Shown: positions 47,638 to 54,087 of the stretch, piece by piece
How positions within the stretch are numbered: position 1 is the stretch's first letter
Layout: every line of letters starts with the position of its first letter
Assembly (NCBI GenBank): GCA_964544295.1
Contig: CAZJBJ010000001.1
Location: forward strand, 1 to 54,087
Origin: an uncultured Bifidobacteriaceae bacterium
GTDB lineage: Bacteria; Actinomycetota; Acidimicrobiia; IMCC26256; JAENVU01
Reading direction: 5' to 3'
Length of the DNA: 54,087 nucleotides
The notes under the pieces: model-generated
Databases searched by the model: none
Told to the model about the DNA's origin: nothing
Seen by the model: only the letters and a program-made list of their open reading frames with translations
Made by a program: the position numbers and the translations under genes

Positions 47638-48531
47638 TCAACGGGCAGTGGTCGTGACCGACCGCAGCCCCGCGAACAGGTCGTCCTCGGGTTCGCCCTC
47701 GGGGGTACCCGTCTCGACGAGCGAGCGCGCCAGTTCGAACTCCTCCCACGGGAACACCTCGCGCACGACGTCGTCCGGGAGCCGCATCCAGAACCCGTCC
47801 GGATCCACCTGCGTGCGATGAGCGAGCAGTGCCGCCCGCCGGTTGGCGAGATGGTCACTGACGTCGATGAACGTGGTGAACCGTCCGTCGCGCGCCTCGG
47901 TGAACCCTCGTTCGAACCACTGGGCGTACGGGCTCTCATCGCCCCGGGCGAGGAACGCCTCGTGCAGCGCGCGCACCCGCCGGGCCGACCACCCGGTGAA
48001 GTAGAGCTTGCTCGGCTGCCAGGGCTCGCCGGCGTCGGGAAACCGATCCGGGTCACCCGCCGCGTCGAAGGCCGGACCGGAGATCTCGTGCACCCGGACG
48101 TGGTCCGGATGGGGGTAGAACTCGCGCTCGTCACCGTAGGTGACGATCACCTGCGGCCGCTCGGCCCGGATGATCCGCACCAACCGTCCGACCGCTTCGT
48201 CGAGCGGCGCGTTGGCGAAGTTCTCGGCGTGCGCGTTCGCGTCGGAGTCCTTCATGCCGGAATCGCGGTACCCCAGAAGGTGCAGCCGGTCGTAGCCGAT
48301 GGCTGCGACGCTCGCCTCCAACTCCGCGATGCGCACCGCGTGCAGGTTGGCTCGGACCTCTTCGGTGTCCATTGCCGGGTTGAGGATGTCGCCCTCCTCC
48401 CCACCGGTGCAACAGACGAGCACGCCACGAATGCCTTCCGCGGCGTACTTGGCGACGGTTCCGGCACCCTTGGACGCCTCATCGTCGGGGTGGGCGTGGA
48501 CCGAGAGCAGACAGAGTGGAGCATCGACCAT
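47638..48531 (-). CDS. mca: Mycothiol S-conjugate amidase (LmbE/PIG-L fold)
   Basis: VHAHPDDE, TGGEEGDILNPAM, YPHPDH, RFPDAGEPW..SKLYF and EEFELARS..LFAGL. This is collinear with the characterised mycobacterial Mca pattern. Confidence 0.88.
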   Translation of the reverse strand: MVDAPLCLLSVHAHPDDEASKGAGTVAKYAAEGIRGVLVCCTGGEEGDILNPAMDTEEVRANLHAVRIAELEASVAAIGYDRLHLLGYRDSGMKDSDANAHAENFANAPLDEAVGRLVRIIRAERPQVIVTYGDEREFYPHPDHVRVHEISGPAFDAAGDPDRFPDAGEPWQPSKLYFTGWSARRVRALHEAFLARGDESPYAQWFERGFTEARDGRFTTFIDVSDHLANRRAALLAHRTQVDPDGFWMRLPDDVVREVFPWEEFELARSLVETGTPEGEPEDDLFAGLRSVTTTAR

Positions 48532-48540
48532 GCCGCGAAC

Positions 48541-49641
48541 CTACCCGGTCGTCACCGGACCCGGTTCGGACTCGCGGTCGGTCTCCGGGCCGAGATCGGC
48601 GACCGCGAACAGCTCCACGCGCCCGATCCCGCGGATCTTCCGGCTGCGAATCCGCCGGAACTGGAACCGGTCATGGGGATCGAGCGCCTCGGCGAGTTCG
48701 GCCGCGGCAACCACGGTGCCCGGTCGAGCGATCTCGACCAACCGATGGGCCAGGTTCACGACTCCCCCGTAGTAATCGCCTTCTCGGGCCAAGGCCGGAC
48801 CCACGGCGACTCCGGCTCGTGCCGGCGGCAGCCCGCCGTCGGGACCGGTGCGGGCGGTCAGCTCCAGGGCCACGCTCACCAGCACCTCGGGGTCTTCGGT
48901 CACGAACATCACCTCGTCGCCGATCGTCTTCACCAGCCGGGCGCCGAGCCGGGCCACTGTGTCGTAGGTCACCGACTCGAATCGCGAGACCAGTGCCGCC
49001 AGCTCACGACCGTCGAGCTCCTGACTGATGGCCGTGTATCCGACCAGATCGACGAAGCCGACTCCCAGGTTCGGCACCTCGCCGGCGAGCCGTTGATCGC
49101 CGAGCACCTTCCGCCAGACCGCGGCCCGCAACTGAACCCGCAGTGCGTAGTCGTTCAGACGAGCCAACGTCGGCCAATCGAGCGTGTCGACGAGTTCGAG
49201 TGCGATCGTGGCGTCGTCCACGCCGTCGGCGCGCGCGGTCAGGATGCCCTCGGCCAACTGGTCGGAGATCGCCTCCGCGACCCGCGAGAGTCCCGAGCCC
49301 ACCGCGCGCACCTGCGCCACCAACGCGTCGTCGTCGCCCTCCGCATACAGCAGCGACTCGGCGCGCGACTGCAACAACCGCAACACCTCGACGGACTCGT
49401 CGGTGAACACCGGCACACCGTCGGGCACGTCGGGAAACCCGAGCGCGCGCCACAACATCGTCGCGGTGTCCGCCGGCATGCCACTGCGCGCCGCCACCGC
49501 GTCCGAGTCGAGATGGTGCTCACCCGGAACGAAGAGGCGATCGATCGCCAGCAGGGTGAGCGTCCCGTCGCGTTCGGCGGATTCGAGATCAGCCGCGGAC
49601 GCGCCTCGCTTGCGCAGGAATCGGGCGAGCCTGCGGTCCAC
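48541..49641 (-). CDS. Class III adenylate/guanylate cyclase with N-terminal helical domain
   Basis: GVGFVDLVGYT, VKTIGDEVMFV and GDYYGGVVNLAHRL. GTG start. The ~190-aa N-terminal region has no known role. Confidence 0.88.
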   Translation of the reverse strand: MDRRLARFLRKRGASAADLESAERDGTLTLLAIDRLFVPGEHHLDSDAVAARSGMPADTATMLWRALGFPDVPDGVPVFTDESVEVLRLLQSRAESLLYAEGDDDALVAQVRAVGSGLSRVAEAISDQLAEGILTARADGVDDATIALELVDTLDWPTLARLNDYALRVQLRAAVWRKVLGDQRLAGEVPNLGVGFVDLVGYTAISQELDGRELAALVSRFESVTYDTVARLGARLVKTIGDEVMFVTEDPEVLVSVALELTARTGPDGGLPPARAGVAVGPALAREGDYYGGVVNLAHRLVEIARPGTVVAAAELAEALDPHDRFQFRRIRSRKIRGIGRVELFAVADLGPETDRESEPGPVTTG

Positions 49642-49674
49642 GGGGTCAGCGCCGTCGACCGTGCGCGACCACCG

Positions 49675-50949
49675 TCATGCCGACCGGGGCACCTGGACCC
49701 AGGGCAGTTCGCGCGAGGAGTCCGGCTCCTTCGGCAGACCCAGGACCCGTTCCCCGAGAATGTTGCGCATCACGTCGGAGGTGCCACCCTCGATCGTGTT
49801 CGCCTGGGCCCGCAGGAATCCGAACGCCACGAGCGCATCCGGATCGACCTGCGGGCTGCGACCGACCCGCTCGGTCTTCGACAACGGGGAGCCTTCCCAG
49901 GCCATTCCGGATGCGCCCTCGATCTGGAGCGACAGGTTCTGGAGGCGCTGGTTGAACTCGGCCTGCATCAGCTTGGTGATCGAACCCTCCGGGCCCGCTT
50001 CGCCACCGCTCTTGCGCTTGTTCGCCGCCCGCTCGTTGTTCAACCGGATGAGCCGGCTCTCGATGTAGGCCTGCGCGAGTTGCTGACGGACGATCGGGTC
50101 CGTCGTGCCCTTGGCGCGTTCCATGAGTCGACTCACCGGACTCCCGCCGACCGCCTCGCCGCCGATCGAGCCCGCGCCCGACAGCGAGACGCGTTCGTTC
50201 ATGAGCGTGGTGATCGCGACCTTCCAGCCGTCGCCCTCGCGACCGAGCATCCAGTCGTGGCGTACGCGCGCGTCGTTGAAGAACACCTCGTTGAACTCGG
50301 CGTCGCCCGTGATCTGCACCAGCGGGCGAACCTCGACCCCCGGCTGATGCATGTCCACGACGAAATACGACAGCCCGCCGTGCTTGGGGACGTCGGGGTC
50401 CGTGCGGCACAGCAACATCCCCCACCGCGCGATGTGGGCCACCGTCGTCCAGACCTTCTGGCCGTTGACGACCCATTCGTCGCCGTCGCGTACCGCCCGA
50501 GTCGCGAGGCCCGCGACGTCCGAACCCGCTCCCGGTTCGGAGAAGAGCTGACACCAGATCTCCTGATTGCAGGCCAACGGTCGGAGCAACCGGTGCTTCA
50601 TCTCCTCGGTGCCCCACGCGATGAGGGTCGGGCCCCCCATGCCGATCCCGATGATGTTGTAGGGACGCGGCACCTTGTACCGGGCCAGCACGTCGTTCAC
50701 GTGCTTCGCCTCACCCGGGTTGAGCGACAGGCCCGCGCCGTACTCGGCGGGCCAGGTCGGGGTGGCGAGTCCCGACTCACCCAGCCGGACGCACCAGTCG
50801 TCGTAGTCGAGCGCGCCGCGCAGCTCCGCCACCGCGCCCTCGTCGCCCCGGTCCACGGCCGCCATCCAACCCTCGGGCAACTGCTCGGCCAACCACGCGG
50901 TCGCGAACTCGCGGAGCGCATCGGCCGAACGGTCTTCGAGTACCGACAT
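49675..50949 (-). CDS. Acyl-CoA dehydrogenase
   Basis: ATG 50949 with a GGGAGG RBS. CQLFSEPGAGSD, VNGQKVWTT and TIEGGTSDVMRNILGERVLGLP. Confidence 0.92.
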   Translation of the reverse strand: MSVLEDRSADALREFATAWLAEQLPEGWMAAVDRGDEGAVAELRGALDYDDWCVRLGESGLATPTWPAEYGAGLSLNPGEAKHVNDVLARYKVPRPYNIIGIGMGGPTLIAWGTEEMKHRLLRPLACNQEIWCQLFSEPGAGSDVAGLATRAVRDGDEWVVNGQKVWTTVAHIARWGMLLCRTDPDVPKHGGLSYFVVDMHQPGVEVRPLVQITGDAEFNEVFFNDARVRHDWMLGREGDGWKVAITTLMNERVSLSGAGSIGGEAVGGSPVSRLMERAKGTTDPIVRQQLAQAYIESRLIRLNNERAANKRKSGGEAGPEGSITKLMQAEFNQRLQNLSLQIEGASGMAWEGSPLSKTERVGRSPQVDPDALVAFGFLRAQANTIEGGTSDVMRNILGERVLGLPKEPDSSRELPWVQVPRSA

Positions 50950-51136
50950 GTTGCAAACCTCCCAGACGACGAGAGTCGGAGGATATCGGCAACCCCGACC
51001 GGACGAGGCCGACTGCAAACGCGGAGGGACCGTCCACTAATTTCACGGTGCTTTGGCCAACGAACCACCCTCCGTGCCCACGGTTCGACCGCCGCTCGCG
51101 CCCCTGGAACCCCAGGGACGTGTCGCGCTCGAACGG

Positions 51137-52909
51137 ATGTGGCAGAACCAGCGCGTCGCGCTGCTCGCGCTCCTGGCCGCCTGCTGCGCCCTCGTCCTGG
51201 TCGGATTGTCACTCGCCGAACGAATTGCCAACCGGGACCGGGTGCTCCCGGGGATCACCGTGGCCGGCACGCGGGTGGGCGGCGACACCGAACGGACCGC
51301 GCTCCACGAGGTGGAGGATCTGGCCGAGCGGCTGCGCAACCAGCCGATTCATGCCCACGCCGGCAGCCAGGCGTTGAGTTTCCGACCCGACGACATCGAC
51401 TATCACGTCGACGCGGCCGCCACCGTCCGGGCCGCTCGACGAGCGGGACGCTCAGCCAATCCGCTGGACACCATCGGCGGAACCGTGCTGCGGCGCTTCC
51501 GACCGGATCGCGTGCCCCTCGTCGTTCGTTACGACCGACGTCGCCTGGCCGAGACCATCGACGTCTGGGTCGGGGCCACGGGCAAGGGGTTGGTCGACGG
51601 CGGGCTGCGATTCGACGGCGCCCAGGTCGCGGAGATCCGCCCGCGGCGCGGCATCGGCATCAATCGAGGCGAGGCCGAGCGACGAATCCTGGAGGCGCTG
51701 CGTTCGGGTCGCACCGACATCGGCGAACTCCGCATCGGCCCGACAACGCCCACCATCGACACCGAGGAGGTGCAGCGCGCCGCCCGGGCGGCACGGAGCA
51801 TTCTCCGCCACCCCGTGAAGATCCGCGTCAACGACACGACCATGACACTCACGCGCGATCAGCTGGCATCGACCCTGCGGACCCGGATCAGCGGAGCACG
51901 ACTCCACCTCGAAGTCGACGAGACCGCGCTGCGGTCCGCGCTCGGACCGGCGCTGTCGGCCGTCGAGACCGCGCCGAGTGACGCCGGGTTCGCGATCAAC
52001 GGAACGACCGTCTCGGTGATCCCGGCCGTGACGGGGCAGACCGTCGAGCTCGCACCGCTCGGCCGGGCGATCGCGTCCGGCCGGCATCGCATCACCGCAC
52101 GTTTGCAGTCCACCGAACCCGCACGATCCACGAAGTGGGCCGAGGATCTCCACATCACGGAGTTGGTCGGGAGCTACACGACCAACCATCCCTGCTGCCA
52201 GCCCCGCGTGACCAACATCCACACCGGCGCCCAGGTCATCGACGGGACGATCCTGCTCCCGGGCGAGACCTTCAGCCTCAACGACGCCCTCGGACCCCGG
52301 ACGGTCGAGAAGGGGTACGTGTCCGCTCCGGGCATCGGCGCCAACCTCGAGTTCGAGGACTCGGTCGGCGGTGGGGTCAGTCAGCTGTCCACGACGTTGT
52401 ACAACGCCACCTTCTTCGGGTGTTACCAGGACGTCACCCACACGGTTCACGCGCTCTACATCTCCCGGTATCCCATGGGTCGGGAGGCGACCTTGAACTA
52501 CCCGTCCATCGACAACAAGTTCCGCAACGACAGCCGGTCCGGAGTGTTGATCCGTACCTATTTCAGCAACACCTCGATCACGGTCGCGCTCTACGGCAGC
52601 AAGGAAGGGCGCTCGTGCACGGCCGAGGGCCCCAATATCCTCGAGACCATCCCGATCGTGCCGGAGTACATCGACGATCCGACCTTGCCACTCGGTACCG
52701 AACGCAAGCTCTCGGCCGGCTCGACCGGGTACGTGGTCGAGAACTTCCGGATCATCAGCCGGCCGGGTCAACCCGAAAAGCGCGAGCGCTACGTCGAGAA
52801 CTACGCGATGGCGAAGGCGAAGACCGCGCGGGGCACCGGTCCGCCACCGCCGACGACCACCACGTCGACCGTTCCGCCACCGCCGGGGACACCCGCCCCG
52901 ACGCCGTAG
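51137..52909 (+). CDS. VanW domain-containing membrane-anchored protein
   Basis: TM helix (VALLALLAACCALVLVGL). VanW blocks LLPGETFSLNDALGPRT, GGGVSQLSTTLYNA and SRYPMGREATL. P/T-rich tail. ATG 51137 was chosen; the track start TTG 51053 is possible. Confidence 0.85.
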   Translation: MWQNQRVALLALLAACCALVLVGLSLAERIANRDRVLPGITVAGTRVGGDTERTALHEVEDLAERLRNQPIHAHAGSQALSFRPDDIDYHVDAAATVRAARRAGRSANPLDTIGGTVLRRFRPDRVPLVVRYDRRRLAETIDVWVGATGKGLVDGGLRFDGAQVAEIRPRRGIGINRGEAERRILEALRSGRTDIGELRIGPTTPTIDTEEVQRAARAARSILRHPVKIRVNDTTMTLTRDQLASTLRTRISGARLHLEVDETALRSALGPALSAVETAPSDAGFAINGTTVSVIPAVTGQTVELAPLGRAIASGRHRITARLQSTEPARSTKWAEDLHITELVGSYTTNHPCCQPRVTNIHTGAQVIDGTILLPGETFSLNDALGPRTVEKGYVSAPGIGANLEFEDSVGGGVSQLSTTLYNATFFGCYQDVTHTVHALYISRYPMGREATLNYPSIDNKFRNDSRSGVLIRTYFSNTSITVALYGSKEGRSCTAEGPNILETIPIVPEYIDDPTLPLGTERKLSAGSTGYVVENFRIISRPGQPEKRERYVENYAMAKAKTARGTGPPPPTTTTSTVPPPPGTPAPTP

Positions 52910-52918
52910 ACGTTCGGT

Positions 52919-53536
52919 TCAGGCCTCCTCGGGGAGTTCACCCACCGAGAGATTGACCTGCGGTGCGTCGGCGTCGAACTCCCGCAGTGCGCCGACCACG
53001 CGCACCGCCGCCCGCGCCCGGGCCGCCGCCGAGGTCTCCGGCGCGACGAGCAACGTCACGTCGAGTCCGTCGCGCGTCCGGGTGACCCGCGCCTGCGCGG
53101 AGTCCGCGGACTGTTCCGCCCGGGTGAGGGTCTCCCGCAGCACCGATTCCGCCACCGCCTCGTGCTCGGGACGGCGCGCCGTGGCCGCGGCCTCGACCGT
53201 CGCGACGGCATCGGCCTGCCCCTCGGCGGCGACCGCGTCGAATGCGCCGAACGGGTGCAACAGGGTCTGGCCGAGCACGACGAGCGGGACATGAGTGCGC
53301 AGCGCGCAGACCGCGCCGTCCTCGGTCGGGGCCGGCGTCGATTGTGGGTGCGCCCGCACCGTCACCGCGACGTCGACGCCGACCTCGACCGGGCACGGCT
53401 CGCCGGCGAGCCCGACGCACGGAAAGGCCGGACCGGATCCGGCATGACACCGCAGGACTTCGTGACCCGACGCGGTGAGCTCGTCGACCACTCGGTCGGC
53501 GGCCTGGGAGTGCGATTCGGTCACCAGTACACGCAT
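52919..53536 (-). CDS. Hypothetical protein
   Basis: ATG 53536 with a GAGGAG RBS lies inside track ORF 52919..54022. GC3-rich. Several Cys in the N-terminal third. No family recognised. Confidence 0.55.
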   Translation of the reverse strand: MRVLVTESHSQAADRVVDELTASGHEVLRCHAGSGPAFPCVGLAGEPCPVEVGVDVAVTVRAHPQSTPAPTEDGAVCALRTHVPLVVLGQTLLHPFGAFDAVAAEGQADAVATVEAAATARRPEHEAVAESVLRETLTRAEQSADSAQARVTRTRDGLDVTLLVAPETSAAARARAAVRVVGALREFDADAPQVNLSVGELPEEA

Positions 53537-53749
53537 GAGAACTCCTCGTCCCGGGGCAAGAACCTCAGCCTCGACGGTCACCGATCTCGAAGGCAGGGCG
53601 CGACGACCCCGTTCGCGCGGGACCAAGGTCCCGAGTTGGGGTCCCGATGCGCAGCGGCGGACTTGGTCAACTCCGAACAATTCTCTGATCGGGCCGGAAT
53701 CTGGCCGGGCGATGCTCTTCACCGTCACCCCGCAACCAAGGAGCACCCC

Positions 53750-54087
53750 ATGAAGCACCACTCCCTCCGACGCCTCATCGGTACCGGCGTCACCACCGCG
53801 GCACTGTGCGTCGCGGCCGTGGGCGTCGCCGGTCCCGCCGGCGCCGCCACCGACGGATCCTCGTCCGACCGCCACCCCGCCCGGCAGCTGACCGACGAGC
53901 AGAAGCAGTGCCTGAGCGACCAGGGCATCACCCGACCGGTCCGACCCCTCACCCCCGAGAAGGTCGACCAGCTCAAGGCCGCCGCCAAGGCCTGTGACAT
54001 CAAGCTCCCGCACCGACGGCACCTCGGCGACAAGCTGACCGACGAGCAGAAGCAGTGCCTGAGCGACCAGGGCATCACCCGACCGGT
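53750..54087 (+). CDS. Secreted Cys-containing repeat protein (5-prime partial, runs off the window)
   Basis: ATG 53750 with an AAGGAG RBS. It is absent from the ORF track because no stop lies inside the window. Sec signal TTAALCVAAVGVAGPAGAA, then 49-aa repeats (LTDEQKQCLSDQGITRPV..AAAKACDIKLP). Confidence 0.65.
   Translation, partial: MKHHSLRRLIGTGVTTAALCVAAVGVAGPAGAATDGSSSDRHPARQLTDEQKQCLSDQGITRPVRPLTPEKVDQLKAAAKACDIKLPHRRHLGDKLTDEQKQCLSDQGITRP

Noticed and set aside
47122-51981. 1619-aa ORF on the plus strand, the longest in the track
   Set aside because: It runs antisense to, or overlaps, five well-supported genes (SCP2, mca, cyclase, acyl-CoA dehydrogenase, start of VanW). It is Arg/Pro/Gly-rich with no family motif. 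It is a typical shadow ORF of high-GC DNA.

Overview
High-GC (roughly 70%) chromosomal segment of Actinomycetota type, supported by a mycothiol conjugate amidase, F420/luciferase-like oxidoreductases and a WS/DGAT. It is densely coded: I support about 58 CDS. I found no rRNA, tRNA, CRISPR array, transposase, integrase or phage genes. Most genes are ordinary lipid/acyl-CoA and redox housekeeping: purK, xthA, etfBA, thiolase, acyl-CoA dehydrogenase, carboxyltransferase, CoA-transferase, SDR/MDR dehydrogenases and a MacB-type ABC exporter. Many long track ORFs are Arg/Pro/Gly-rich shadow frames of real genes and were discarded, and several real genes start well inside their track ORF. The best candidates for something undescribed are: (1) a single AbiEi/DUF559 gene exactly bracketed by 43-bp direct repeats containing a perfect 14-bp palindrome (35290-36315), with no recombinase nearby; (2) a translationally coupled exported pair, a CRTAC1/FG-GAP protein plus a pentapeptide-repeat::haloperoxidase/PAP2-like::His-rich fusion (42799-47177); (3) a patch of uncharacterised exported proteins at 26-33 kb, comprising a low-GC lipoprotein ORF, a DUF4331+TPR pair with structured RNA elements, and a membrane+secreted two-gene module. 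Smaller oddities are an AT-rich 22-bp perfect palindrome, a 14-bp x4 tandem repeat and a 55-bp perfect in-frame repeat at the right edge. All family calls come from motif recognition by eye; no searches were run. CDS coordinates are anchored to the ORF track. Coordinates of non-ORF elements may be off by 1-2 nt.
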